Positions 1 to 9,086 are shown, numbered from the stretch's first letter. The stretch is DNA of 64,000 bases from an uncultured virus (IMG/VR IMGVR_UViG_3300009785_000018) (IMGVR_UViG_3300009785_000018); one strand, 5' to 3'. The notes: generated from the sequence alone by a model not told the origin. Numbers and translations are program-made.

Positions 1-155
1 AAAGCAGATGAGTTGTCTTTCTCTGCTAGTTCGTGCATTGCACTTGAGAAACTGCTAGGCTCAACTTTTTTGCCTTTAAGTTTTTTGGCGATTGATCCAA
101 TAAGCTCAAGTCTTTTTTCTGACTTGATTGCGTCGATTTGTTCTAGGTGATTCAT
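1..155 (-). CDS. hypothetical protein (runs off window start)
   Basis: Manual translation MNHLEQIDAIKSEKRLELIG...; A/C-rich leader upstream. Confidence 0.6.
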   Translation of the reverse strand, partial: MNHLEQIDAIKSEKRLELIGSIAKKLKGKKVEPSSFSSAMHELAEKDNSSA

Positions 156-295
156 GATATGTGGTGTTTAGTTTTTTGCCGTGGTTGGCGATGTAGCAGT
201 TGTGCTATGTTTAATACAATGGCACAAAAAACACCGATTGCAAGTTTTTTTTTAAAAAAGATGAAAATAATTCTAAGTAGCTATAAATCAATAAC

Positions 296-532
296 TTACA
301 AAGCATAATTAATCACCTCATAATATCCATCATCCCGTCGATTGACGACAAGGTGAAAAAACTGTTTAGTAAATCTGCCCTTGAGACGATCAATCTCGAA
401 ATGCCAAGACATGCTTTGACCATAGGTAATACCTCCAGTAAATAATTTGCCCTCGAATTCAGAACAAACTATGTTATTTTTTGCGAGAAACTTTTTAGCC
501 TCTTCGACGCATTGGTGAAATGTGGTTAACAT
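296..532 (-). CDS. hypothetical early protein
   Basis: 78-aa ORF; TTGACT-N16-CATTAT promoter 7 nt before ATG. Confidence 0.75.
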   Translation of the reverse strand: MLTTFHQCVEEAKKFLAKNNIVCSEFEGKLFTGGITYGQSMSWHFEIDRLKGRFTKQFFHLVVNRRDDGYYEVINYAL

Positions 533-539
533 ATTAAGG

Positions 540-567
540 ATAATGATTATTTATTTGCGAAAGTCAA
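540..567 (-). promoter_or_regulatory. sigma70-type promoter (leaderless type)
   Basis: TTGACT(567-562)-16 nt-CATTAT(545-540)-7 nt-ATG(532). Confidence 0.8.
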
Positions 568-771
568 GTATTATTTAATATAAATATTTTTTTATTTATG
601 TATTAAAAGCTAATCTAAATTTTAATAGTCTAGTAGTCAGTCAGCCTGACTGATAAAAAATTAATTGTTATTTAAGAAATATATTTCTTTTTTTTAACGA
701 TGTCAAGAAAAAACAAAAAAAATACTAACTTTTTGAGTTAGCATTAAAAACCTTTCCGAAGTTTTTTTAAT

Positions 772-800
772 TCAATTTTTTCACCACGAAAGTTTATTGA
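772..800 (-). other. conserved 29-nt RNA hairpin, copy 1
   Basis: TCAAT-AAAC-TTTC-GTGGT-GAAA-AA-ATTGA; same architecture as 10444-10472. Confidence 0.5.
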
Positions 801-813
801 TAACTTTTTTTAA

Positions 814-966
814 CTAAACAAAATTTTTCTTAACTAAATCTACGGCTTCCATAACTTTTTTATTGTTATCGCCTAAAGCAGAAATTTCTGCTTCGTTTAA
901 AACCATGTCAATAGCTTTTTTTAATTCTTTTTTTTCCTCTAGCGTTTCTGGAGTAATTATATTCAT
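814..966 (-). CDS. small hypothetical protein (50 aa, not in ORF track)
   Basis: MNIITPETLEEKKELKK...NFV*; TTGACA-N16-CATTGT 7 nt before ATG. Confidence 0.7.
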   Translation of the reverse strand: MNIITPETLEEKKELKKAIDMVLNEAEISALGDNNKKVMEAVDLVKKNFV

Positions 967-1017
967 AATGATAACAATGTTAATTAAATTGACTTTGTCA
1001 AGCCAATTTTCATTTTT

Positions 1018-1278
1018 TTAATATCTAGACCGATTAAATGTTGCCATGTCATTGACGCTTCTCTCAAGCTCGTCAAGTATAGCTTTGGCATCTACGCCTT
1101 CGGCTACCTTTAAATTGTTTAGAATCTCTACGTCGCTAGCACGACCACCAAGTGTGCGACCGAAGCCGTAGCGACCATCTGTGAAGCCGAAGCGACCATT
1201 GTCGAGTGTGTGTAAGACCATAGGTTTGTCATCGACGATGTAAGCTTGTCCGAGTGTGAGTGTGTTTTGCATTTCCAT
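1018..1278 (-). CDS. hypothetical early protein
   Basis: 86-aa ORF; upstream TTGACA promoter. Confidence 0.75.
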   Translation of the reverse strand: MEMQNTLTLGQAYIVDDKPMVLHTLDNGRFGFTDGRYGFGRTLGGRASDVEILNNLKVAEGVDAKAILDELERSVNDMATFNRSRY

Positions 1279-1550
1279 AATAGTAGTTTGTTTTTTGGTT
1301 TAAGTGGTTAACTAACTAAGACAATGACAGGTTCTTTTTCTTTGTCAACTGTTTTTTGTATTCTTTTTGAAAAAGTTTTTCAAAAGTTGGCTGATCCTTA
1401 TAAATTCTAATCCATTTTTCTGCTGGAATACTAGGAGAAAGCATTCTGTTGTGGCAATAGTTGCGATATGTTAGGTAGTCAATAACTGTGGTCATATAAC
1501 GAATCTAGCAGACAATAACCTTGAGTCAAGTCTTTTTTTTTAAAAATTAA

Positions 1551-1910
1551 TTAGTTTTTCAACTTATAGTCTTCAACCTCAATCCCAGTTGTCATGACTT
1601 TGGCTCTGTATGATTTAAGTATTTTTTTATTTGGATCTTCCTTTAAGAAAAAATTAGATGAAATGTAAGGGTTGTAGCTGACTTGTGACGTTGAGCTATT
1701 AAACTGATCTATTTCTTCTCCCTCTACTAAAGCGTGGACATTCTTACGCTTCTGTTTAAGAACTCTTTGGCGTCCAGCTTCAGATACTTTAAATGAAACG
1801 TCTTTTAAGCAAATTGATTGAACGTGCTTTGTTACTCTCCAGCCCTTCTTTGTCATGGTCTGAACTGAGAGACATTTCTTATGTAGGTTGCGGTATACTC
1901 TTACTTTCAT
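1551..1910 (-). CDS. conserved phage hypothetical protein
   Basis: VYRNLH...VSEAGRQRVL...KRKNVHA motif seen in many phage early proteins; leaderless promoter. Confidence 0.8.
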   Translation of the reverse strand: MKVRVYRNLHKKCLSVQTMTKKGWRVTKHVQSICLKDVSFKVSEAGRQRVLKQKRKNVHALVEGEEIDQFNSSTSQVSYNPYISSNFFLKEDPNKKILKSYRAKVMTTGIEVEDYKLKN

Positions 1911-1917
1911 GTCTACT

Positions 1918-1945
1918 ACTGTAGTTACACAAAAAATAAAGTCAA
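1918..1945 (-). promoter_or_regulatory. sigma70-type promoter (leaderless type)
   Basis: TTGACT-16 nt-TACAGT-7 nt-ATG(1910). Confidence 0.8.
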
Positions 1946-1969
1946 GTCTTCTTTAAAGAAAAAAATAAA

Positions 1970-2149
1970 TTAATTTATCGTGACATTCGTCAGAGATTGA
2001 GAGTTAGGTTCGACTTCTTTGACTTCTTCAAAATCCCAATCAATATCTCCAATGTCTAGATGCATTCCTGCCTCGAATGCTACATCGTATTCATCTTCCG
2101 CTTCTACTGTTACCTCTATACAAGCCGTGCATTTATATATTTTAGCCAT
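1970..2149 (-). CDS. small acidic protein, DpnD/PcfM-like motif
   Basis: MAKIYKCTACIEVTVEAEDEYDV; start placed at ATG 2149. Confidence 0.55.
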   Translation of the reverse strand: MAKIYKCTACIEVTVEAEDEYDVAFEAGMHLDIGDIDWDFEEVKEVEPNSQSLTNVTIN

Positions 2150-2160
2150 ATTTTTATTAA

Positions 2161-2403
2161 TTACTTTTTTTGCAACCATAGATCATAGATGAAGCTATAA
2201 TCTAAATTAGTATATCCCGATAATCCTTGAAACACTCTTTCCCTTACAAGGCTGTCTCCTACGCCCATATAATCATAGACATCTAAGTTTCTAAATAATA
2301 TATCTAACAAGCCGAGAAAGGTAACATCTTCTTTTATCTCACTGCCTAGACCATCTTCGGGAAAACGTTGTGCGTAGTATTGTTTAATGTTCATGGTTTT
2401 CAT
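2161..2403 (-). CDS. hypothetical protein
   Basis: 80-aa ORF coupled to the upstream gene. Confidence 0.75.
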   Translation of the reverse strand: MKTMNIKQYYAQRFPEDGLGSEIKEDVTFLGLLDILFRNLDVYDYMGVGDSLVRERVFQGLSGYTNLDYSFIYDLWLQKK

Positions 2404-2621
2404 TATACGTATGCGGAAAGTGATTGCAAGTCTAAAAGCGTTGTGTTAGAGCTTTCGATTGTGAATCCACCGCTAGTGATACGCCAAGCACAAGCGTTTG
2501 AGCAGTAACTGTAAGCCGTTTCTAAACCCTCACGGCATTTGCCGAAGTGAAAGATTTCAACTTTGCGAGAAGATGCAGTTGGTAGCATCTCTAATTTGTA
2601 GTAGTTTTTGGATGTGGTCAT
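2403..2621 (-). CDS. hypothetical early protein
   Basis: 72 aa; TTGACA-N16-CATACT-6 nt-ATG. Confidence 0.75.
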   Translation of the reverse strand: MTTSKNYYKLEMLPTASSRKVEIFHFGKCREGLETAYSYCSNACAWRITSGGFTIESSNTTLLDLQSLSAYV

Positions 2622-2627
2622 GGTTGT

Positions 2628-2655
2628 AGTATGGTTACTTTTATAAGGTTGTCAA
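2628..2655 (-). promoter_or_regulatory. sigma70-type promoter (leaderless type)
   Basis: TTGACA(2655-2650)-16 nt-CATACT(2633-2628)-6 nt-ATG(2621). Confidence 0.8.
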
Positions 2656-2807
2656 GCCTTTTCGTTTATATATCTCTGATATTTTAATTTAAGATATAAT
2701 CGAGAAGCATCTGAGTTGTTCAGCCCGCAACGTATCTCGATCTCTTTGATGATTTCCTCATCGCCCCAACCGCTATCTTCTAAGTTTGTAAACTCTTCTA
2801 TGTTCAT
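2652..2807 (-). CDS. small hypothetical protein
   Basis: Start revised to ATG 2807, 7 nt after TTGACA-N16-TATAGT. Confidence 0.65.
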   Translation of the reverse strand: MNIEEFTNLEDSGWGDEEIIKEIEIRCGLNNSDASRLYLKLKYQRYINEKA

Positions 2808-2848
2808 GATTAATACTATAGTTTTTTTTATGTGGCTGTCAAGCTTTT

Positions 2849-3013
2849 TTACCACTCCAATGGAGTTAGATCTAAATCTTGATGCTCGATGTTGCCTAGG
2901 CGGTCAACACAAACTTCTGAGTCTTGTCCGTCTTCATCAATTACTATTGCATTAGTCCCGTCGATGCCTAAGACTTCGACCCATGTGTTTTTATCTAGTG
3001 TGGCTGTAATCAT
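2849..3013 (-). CDS. small beta-rich protein, paralog of 5279..5515 (not in ORF track)
   Basis: MITATLDKNTWVEVLGIDGTNAIVIDEDGQDSEVCVDRL...; TTGACA-N16-CATACT-7 nt-ATG. Confidence 0.75.
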   Translation of the reverse strand: MITATLDKNTWVEVLGIDGTNAIVIDEDGQDSEVCVDRLGNIEHQDLDLTPLEW

Positions 3014-3347
3014 GCCCTACAGTATGATTACTTTTCTGCGGGTGTCAAGTAATTTTCTCTTAAATCTTCAACAAATTTAATCGCTTGGTTTAATTCCTCA
3101 ACATTGCCATTCATTGCTTCTTGAATCGCGAAATGTATCCATTCTAGCTTTTTATAGTTATTCATGTATAATATTATTTTAAATCTTTAATATCTTCAAT
3201 AATCCGATCAATGTCACAATAACCATCAATTACTTTTTTAGATAACCATTTTCTCTGGTCCTGGAAGTCCATTGACTGGATTTTATTATATGTTATTTCG
3301 TCAATATTAAAACTGCCTACGTCTACGACATATTCCATAATATTATT

Positions 3348-3575
3348 TTATTTATTTTTTATTATTTGAGTTGCATATTCCTGGAGCAATTCTTTTGGAA
3401 GGTCTATCATTTTGACAAAGACTTCGTTTTCGCCAAGAGCAAATCCATCGTTAACCAACTCAATAACTGATTCGTAAGAATAAATTATATCTAAATTTCC
3501 AAGAGGTCTCTGTGTCTGTTCGTCAAATAATACATAGTCTGTATCATATACTTCAACTGGTATGTCTATTGTCAT
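3348..3575 (-). CDS. hypothetical protein
   Basis: 75-aa ORF in co-oriented run. Confidence 0.7.
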   Translation of the reverse strand: MTIDIPVEVYDTDYVLFDEQTQRPLGNLDIIYSYESVIELVNDGFALGENEVFVKMIDLPKELLQEYATQIIKNK

Positions 3576-4065
3576 ATTAATATGTTATCTCCCGCAGTGT
3601 TTCAATAATATTATCTAAACAATCACCGACTGTTGTTTCAGTTCCCTCTGCATCCTTAAGTTGATTCAAAGCGGTATCGCTAAGTGCTTTACGTGCATCG
3701 ATTGCGTCGAACAAACAATCTGCTAGTTTTTCTTCTATTGTCATAATATATTATTTTATATCCTCCAATGATTGAATTAAATTATCATAAGCATATTCAT
3801 CGGAATGTTCCTCCGCCTCCTCATCGAAAAGAGAAAGAAAATCCAATGCTTCGTCTTCAACCATGCGTCCGTCTTTAACTTCGGACTGTAGCCTGTTTAT
3901 AGCTGAATCTCTCATTACTTTATATTTTTTTTACCACTTCTACGAAATCGCAAATTTTTAGATGCGATGCTTCTATGTAGTCTGATACTAAACCAAATAT
4001 CGCCCCTGTCAAGCCAATTGGAATCCAAAGTATCTGAATAATTGCTGTTGCTACTTTTCCCATAA

Positions 4066-4236
4066 TTAATATCCTAACCAAATGAATACTTCTGATCCGA
4101 TATACATGTCTCTGTATCCCAAGTGTTTAAAAAATAAAGCTATTTCTTTAGCCGTCTGTGAGTGGTTTTCGAAAATTCCAATCACGTCGTCTTGCGTTAA
4201 TTCACGCTCCCAAAGTTCTTCTAGTTGTTCATCCAT
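4066..4236 (-). CDS. hypothetical protein
   Basis: Start revised to MDEQLEELW directly after the upstream stop. Confidence 0.6.
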   Translation of the reverse strand: MDEQLEELWERELTQDDVIGIFENHSQTAKEIALFFKHLGYRDMYIGSEVFIWLGY

Positions 4237-4237
4237 T

Positions 4238-4459
4238 TTATATATACTTTCTAAGGACATTGTATTCTGCTTCGGAAACTTCGTCAAGCCTATAAAGTTC
4301 GGCAACTCTCTCACAGTCGTCTCCGCCTATGTCGTAACCTTCGTTTACTTCTTTTTTTGCAGATTCTATGTTAGGTGCAGAAAAGCAGTAGTCGCTATAA
4401 GTTTCGTGTTCCCCCGTGCGGATAAGCACACTGGCAAAATAATGTTTTAATTCTTTCAT
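4238..4459 (-). CDS. hypothetical early protein
   Basis: 73 aa; TTGACA-N16-CAGAAT promoter. Confidence 0.7.
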   Translation of the reverse strand: MKELKHYFASVLIRTGEHETYSDYCFSAPNIESAKKEVNEGYDIGGDDCERVAELYRLDEVSEAEYNVLRKYI

Positions 4460-4503
4460 TGCTTATCTATTCTGTGGATTGAAAAACCAATGTCAAGACT
4501 TTT

Positions 4504-4758
4504 TTAACCGAGTGCCTCTTCTTTTGTCCAAAGTGCAGACTCAAAGCCTTCAATAGGACGACCAGCGTGATGCCAAAGTGACAAGGCAAGATCGTATTGG
4601 CTTATAGAGAGGTAACGAACTGCTTCGAACACCTCTGTTGCGTTCTCGAACATCCAGTCGTTTAAGTCCGCGCAGTCTGGGTGAGGCCAAGGGACTTGGT
4701 CTGCAGGTGTTAGTTTGCTAGGCTCGAAGTTGTCAAATGTGATTTTAGTAGTAGTCAT
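4504..4758 (-). CDS. hypothetical early protein
   Basis: 84 aa; TTGACA-N16-TAGAGT-7 nt-ATG. Confidence 0.75.
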   Translation of the reverse strand: MTTTKITFDNFEPSKLTPADQVPWPHPDCADLNDWMFENATEVFEAVRYLSISQYDLALSLWHHAGRPIEGFESALWTKEEALG

Positions 4759-4789
4759 GTTTACGACTCTACTGATAGAAAGTATAATG

Positions 4790-4978
4790 TCAAGACTTAT
4801 CTGTCTTTTTCTTTTTATCCTGTTCCCACTTGTAATATCTTTTATCAGCCCTTCTGCAAGCCCTGGCTATGTAGTCTTCTTTATACTCATACCATATATA
4901 AAAAATAAAACAAAATAATGGAAACCCTATAAATCCTGAAGCAACTATTGTAAAAATTAATATTGACTCTGTGCTCAT
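4790..4978 (-). CDS. small membrane protein
   Basis: N-terminal hydrophobic helix followed by a charged tail. Confidence 0.6.
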   Translation of the reverse strand: MSTESILIFTIVASGFIGFPLFCFIFYIWYEYKEDYIARACRRADKRYYKWEQDKKKKTDKS

Positions 4979-5030
4979 ATATTATATATGATATAAAATA
5001 GTTTTATTTCAACTATTTTAATTTATTTTT

Positions 5031-5225
5031 TTACCCTGAAGAGTTTGGATGTTCTATAACTTCCGCCCACGAAAGAATTTCAGGTTCTTTTTCATTAATC
5101 ACTTCTTCGTGGTCAAGATAGTAACCTTCCTTTATAAGTAGTTTGGCTTCTTCGGGTGATTCCGCGTGAACGTCATCAAAGTATTCTATATGAGTAACTT
5201 CTCTTGATATGTTGTATGTTGGCAT
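5031..5225 (-). CDS. small acidic protein, DpnD/PcfM-like motif
   Basis: MPTYNISREVTHIEYFDDVHAESPEEAK; start revised to ATG 5225 after TTGATA-N16-CACACT. Confidence 0.65.
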   Translation of the reverse strand: MPTYNISREVTHIEYFDDVHAESPEEAKLLIKEGYYLDHEEVINEKEPEILSWAEVIEHPNSSG

Positions 5226-5278
5226 GGTTAGTAGTGTGGTTAATTTTATAAGACTATCAAGACTTTTAAGAAAAAAGA

Positions 5279-5515
5279 TCAGAAATCTGACATTCTTTCT
5301 TCGCGTTCCATCGTGTCCCAAAGGTCGTCATCGATTTCCTTTTGAGTAGGAACAGGAATCGGAGCAACAGCGTCGAGGCGATTGAAGCCAACCCACTGTT
5401 CTCCACCGTCGTCATCTAAGACCCAAGCTAGACCATCTTTGACGTCAGCGACGAAGACAGGAGTGGAAAGGTCGAGAATGGCTTCTGTGCCAGATTTGAT
5501 TTGTGTTGTGGTCAT
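5279..5515 (-). CDS. hypothetical early protein, paralog of 2849..3013
   Basis: 78 aa; TTGCTT-N16-TACGAT-6 nt-ATG. Confidence 0.75.
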   Translation of the reverse strand: MTTTQIKSGTEAILDLSTPVFVADVKDGLAWVLDDDGGEQWVGFNRLDAVAPIPVPTQKEIDDDLWDTMEREERMSDF

Positions 5516-5581
5516 ACAGGCATCGTATCAGAGAAAATCATAAAAGCAAGCCCTAAATGCATCTTTTTTTAACTTATAACA

Positions 5582-5758
5582 TTAACTTGGAGAATCAATC
5601 TTACGAAGAGTAGGATATATGTTTTGACAAAACACTTCCTCCTTAAATGTTTCGGGATCATATTTGCCATTCGCAATATCGACCAGTGTATCGATTGCTT
5701 CGTCTAATGGCTTATTAGTTCCTAACCAGTATTCGACTTGTGATTGTGTTATTTGCAT
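5582..5758 (-). CDS. hypothetical protein
   Basis: Start revised to MQITQSQ just after the upstream stop. Confidence 0.6.
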   Translation of the reverse strand: MQITQSQVEYWLGTNKPLDEAIDTLVDIANGKYDPETFKEEVFCQNIYPTLRKIDSPS

Positions 5759-5762
5759 AATA

Positions 5763-6284
5763 TTAATTACTTTTATAGTAAGCAACTGCTTCGGTAATAG
5801 GCATATCATTTATGCATACCCACTTGTCTCCATACCATTTATTAAGTTTAGCCTTGAAAGCATCCATAGTTTCTTGAACTATTCCATATTTCTTTTTGCC
5901 AAACTTGTAATAGCCTTCTTGACCCTGTTCAAATACAATCATAGATCGAGACATTAAACTTTTAACATCTTTGGTAATTAGATAGTCTGTCAGCAAATCG
6001 CCAACTGTCATATCTAGACTGCCTTCGCTATATCCCCTATCGTCGAATTCAGTTTCATAGGTAGTATTATCTTTATGCCACTTGAAAACGCGATCTAATT
6101 CCTCGTGATACTCTTTAATAGTTTGAAGGTTCTTAGGGTGCTTGTAATGCATATCGCATCCACCGATACCATCGTTACTTACAATGGCAAAAGGCTTTCC
6201 ATCAACGTATAGGTCAGCCTTGAAACAGTTAGTTTCTTGTGATTGAAACTCAGAGTGTTGTATCTTTTTAAGTGCAATTTTCAT
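5763..6284 (-). CDS. conserved phage hypothetical protein
   Basis: SQETNCFKADLYVDGK...NDGIGG motif; TTGACT-N16-TATGAT-6 nt-ATG. Confidence 0.8.
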   Translation of the reverse strand: MKIALKKIQHSEFQSQETNCFKADLYVDGKPFAIVSNDGIGGCDMHYKHPKNLQTIKEYHEELDRVFKWHKDNTTYETEFDDRGYSEGSLDMTVGDLLTDYLITKDVKSLMSRSMIVFEQGQEGYYKFGKKKYGIVQETMDAFKAKLNKWYGDKWVCINDMPITEAVAYYKSN

Positions 6285-6290
6285 GACGCC

Positions 6291-6318
6291 ATCATAGTTG
6301 AGGCAAAGTCTAAGTCAA
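6291..6318 (-). promoter_or_regulatory. sigma70-type promoter (leaderless type)
   Basis: TTGACT(6318-6313)-16 nt-TATGAT(6296-6291)-6 nt-ATG(6284). Confidence 0.8.
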
Positions 6319-6344
6319 GACTTTTTTTCGCAAATAAATTTTAA

Positions 6345-6548
6345 TTAACTACTCCACGATAATGTCGCTGATAACGAAGCCTGCTCCCAATCATTGGCGG
6401 ACTTGTCCCACTTGAACATATTCACATCGGTATTTACATACTCACTGGACTTCTTTTCCATATATTTCTGAGCCCGGTCTTCCTTCATAAAGTATTTGAA
6501 TTCTTCGTAAGGGTGGTCGCCTACTGTAACAACGTATTTATATTTCAT
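6345..6548 (-). CDS. hypothetical protein
   Basis: 67-aa ORF. Confidence 0.65.
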   Translation of the reverse strand: MKYKYVVTVGDHPYEEFKYFMKEDRAQKYMEKKSSEYVNTDVNMFKWDKSANDWEQASLSATLSWSS

Positions 6549-6706
6549 GGTGTTTTATTTTGTTTTATTTTTTGGTGAGTGATATTGCATACTTTATAAT
6601 ATAAATATCAATATCGGAAAGACCTATTCCCTTTAATTCATGCATTTTTTTATCTAGCTTGTCAATAATATTATCAGAAATATCTTCAACCTGGATTTGC
6701 CCTGGG

Positions 6707-6934
6707 TTATTCATAACTATGTGGTCGAAGAGGTATTCCGTTTAATCTAGCCATTTCGTCAGCTTCTTCGTATGTATAATATTCCTTATCTGGATCTTCA
6801 TCGTGCAAGACTTCTGATTCATCATCCCAAACAGAGATGTGGAGTCTTCCCTTGTAAACAGTCCAATATTCTTCACCCTCATTAAAAGGATATATTTTAG
6901 GTTCGTTTTTAGTTAGGTCTATCATTAGTTCCAA
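6707..6934 (-). CDS. hypothetical protein
   Basis: 75-aa acidic ORF (YPFNEGEEYWT...WDDESE). Confidence 0.7.
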   Translation of the reverse strand: MELMIDLTKNEPKIYPFNEGEEYWTVYKGRLHISVWDDESEVLHDEDPDKEYYTYEEADEMARLNGIPLRPHSYE

Positions 6935-7206
6935 TGGTAATCTGCATTAATAGCAAATGCAAGCCTATTTTTCAAAGGTTTTCCTTCCCCATCAAATTGA
7001 GTAGGGTCAGTAATTTTAACTAATAAGTTCGAGCCACTATCATCTAAACAATGATCAGAGCAATACTCGCAATCAATATTTAAGTATGGCGTATCTTGGA
7101 TGTAAAGAGGATCATCTCCATCTAAAGATAGTAGAGATACGGGAACGGCAAGACCTTGCTCAATTACTTCTTCCCTAATTGTTAAGTGACTATTTTTTGC
7201 GCTCAT
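6925..7206 (-). CDS. hypothetical protein
   Basis: 93-aa ORF with CxxCxxHC. Confidence 0.7.
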   Translation of the reverse strand: MSAKNSHLTIREEVIEQGLAVPVSLLSLDGDDPLYIQDTPYLNIDCEYCSDHCLDDSGSNLLVKITDPTQFDGEGKPLKNRLAFAINADYHWN

Positions 7207-7384
7207 AATTTATACTTGTAGTTGTAAGTCTGCCCTGTAATTAATTTCTGCAGTTGAAATTTGTAGATCGTAACTATCTATGCCAGTAGTAATGTAAATA
7301 CTTCCGTCATCTTCGTGGGCAGGTATACCTTCGTCCTCCATCCATTGCAAGGCTAATTTAATTTTTTGTGCTTCACTCATAATA

Positions 7385-7681
7385 TTAATTAATTTCTTTT
7401 AGATCATTGTCCTGGTGAAACTCGTATGATTCAATATACCACTCGCCCTTACCGTCATTTACGCAATAAGACTTTAGTTCGTCCATATCCTCAAACCAGT
7501 AATGTATGTCGTTATCAAACCCAAATTGGTTGTCTGACCATTCGTATTCATCGCCCCAAACTTCATAGGGATTAGCCCCGACTGCTACTAGGGTTGGAGG
7601 TGATGAATCATCAGAGTCGTCACACCATTTCCATTCGATACGATATAATTTGATTTTCGTATGATTCGTTTTCGTATTCAT
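7385..7681 (-). CDS. hypothetical acidic protein
   Basis: 98-aa ORF. Confidence 0.7.
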   Translation of the reverse strand: MNTKTNHTKIKLYRIEWKWCDDSDDSSPPTLVAVGANPYEVWGDEYEWSDNQFGFDNDIHYWFEDMDELKSYCVNDGKGEWYIESYEFHQDNDLKEIN

Positions 7682-7810
7682 AGGCTTCTTTAATTTGTTT
7701 GTTAAAGCTATCTACTAGACTGATCGAATGATCGTATAGTTCGTCACTAGGTATTGTTTCTGTATTCATGAGTATGTTTATAGTGTTCGATAAGTAGATG
7801 TCAAGGTTTT

Positions 7811-7999
7811 TTAGCACGATTGAATCTCTAGCCTATGCTCGTGTTGAACCTGAATGTATTCTTTAAGAGACTCCAAGGTTTTAAACCTACCAAGCTTTTC
7901 TTCGTCGTCCATTGCCTCAACAACAATGTCGCCACCTTCTTCGTAGTGTTCGTAGCAATATGAATTTATTTTTTCGATTGTCATTATAGTTCCTCCCAT
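7811..7999 (-). CDS. hypothetical protein
   Basis: 62-aa ORF (HYEEGGDIVVE motif). Confidence 0.65.
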   Translation of the reverse strand: MGGTIMTIEKINSYCYEHYEEGGDIVVEAMDDEEKLGRFKTLESLKEYIQVQHEHRLEIQSC

Positions 8000-8325
8000 C
8001 CAGCTGATTTACACATTAGAGTAGTCTTTTCTCCGTCGTTGTCAATTACTTTTATCACGTCGCCCACGCTAGTTGAGTGAAAGGTTTTTTTGTCAGAACA
8101 GTTCTCCCAGAGAGCCAAAAGGATTTTTTCATGCACCTTATCCAACATTTCAATTGGCGCATTTGTAACGTGAAACAAAAGCTCAGCTAACTTGGCGGGA
8201 GCATTTGGATAGTCGATATGTTCTGCATTAAGTCGAGCAGAGAAAACGCATTTGCGGGCGACCTCCCATTTCTGGATAAAAGGTTCGTCTTCGGAGCGGT
8301 GTAGTGATAGTTGTATTGTTTTCAT
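7984..8325 (-). CDS. conserved phage hypothetical protein
   Basis: C-terminal STSVGDVI...C...GW motif; TTGACT-N16-CATAAT-8 nt-ATG. Confidence 0.75.
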   Translation of the reverse strand: MKTIQLSLHRSEDEPFIQKWEVARKCVFSARLNAEHIDYPNAPAKLAELLFHVTNAPIEMLDKVHEKILLALWENCSDKKTFHSTSVGDVIKVIDNDGEKTTLMCKSAGWEEL

Positions 8326-8392
8326 TGTCCTGCATTATGAGTGGTCGTTTAGCGAAGTCAATACTTTTTTTCAAAAAAAAGAATAAAATTTA

Positions 8393-8461
8393 TGGTGGAG
8401 GTGGGTGGAGTTGAACCACCGTGTTCAAACTAATAGCTTGAGTCGAAACCCTTACACCCCC
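8393..8461 (-). ncRNA. mini-tmRNA: tRNA-like domain only, no mRNA-like domain
   Basis: GGGGGTG-TAAGGGTTTCGAC-TCAAGCT ATT AGTTTGA-ACAC-GGTGG TTCAACT CCACC-CACCTCC-ACCA: acceptor stem with G3.U70, discriminator A, encoded CCA, tmRNA-type D-loop GGxTTCGAC without D-stem, canonical T-arm, no anticodon arm. Confidence 0.85.
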
Positions 8462-8488
8462 CTATAAATTATTCTATATTTGTGTAAT

Positions 8489-8520
8489 GTCGCCCCGCCC
8501 TAACCACAAGGCGAGACGAC
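8489..8520 (-). other. 13-bp hairpin between the 8523 gene and the mini-tmRNA
   Basis: GTCGTCTCGCCTT-GTGGTT-AGGGCGGGGCGAC; no U-tract after it. Confidence 0.6.
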
Positions 8521-8522
8521 TG

Positions 8523-8825
8523 CTATACACATGAACACACTTCAAGTTTTGAAATTTTTTGTAGCAAGTCGTTAGCACTATCGGCATTAAGAAATCCTAC
8601 GACATCATCTGTAATGTCTGGGTGTTGAGCTATGTGTCCAGTATCATCCATCAACGCAAGCTCTAAGCCATACGAAGAATCATGTGAGACTACTGAAGCA
8701 CCATAGCCGTTTTCGAAGTTGAAAATCTTTTGCCAACCGAAAAGCTCTGGACGTTCTATAAGTTCCATCGTGTGTGGCTCGGTTGATGATACCTTGAATA
8801 GTTGTTGCATGGTTTCGTTGTTCAT
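8523..8825 (-). CDS. conserved phage hypothetical protein
   Basis: FENGYGASVV...YGLELA...DDVVGFL motif common in phages. Confidence 0.8.
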   Translation of the reverse strand: MNNETMQQLFKVSSTEPHTMELIERPELFGWQKIFNFENGYGASVVSHDSSYGLELALMDDTGHIAQHPDITDDVVGFLNADSANDLLQKISKLEVCSCV

Positions 8826-9086
8826 AATGTGTGTTCTATGTGGTTTGTATTAAGAGATCGTTAGCATGATACTCTTTTTGCATATGTCAAGGCTTTTGTT
8901 CACCTTTTTTTGAATTCTTTTTCAGCCACAGTGTCCGAACTAATAATGAATTATTATTACAGAACGGCAGCATCCTCTTGAACGTTTCCCAGTCTGGTTT
9001 TGGTAAGCCAAGATCCTCCCAAGCTTTCATTCTTTCTCTTGTAGTCATAATTATTTAGAGAAATTAATCCCTCTCCCTAGAATTTT

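Noticed and set aside
8393..8461. Interpretation as an ordinary or pseudo tRNA-Ala
   Set aside because: No D-stem and no 7-nt anticodon loop; the D-loop and T-arm match tmRNA instead
8495..8510. GTGGTTAGGGC resembles the 5' end of pistol ribozymes
   Set aside because: The required pairing partner (CCAC) and downstream AAGCCCUAAGCG pseudoknot strand are absent; the sequence forms a simple hairpin
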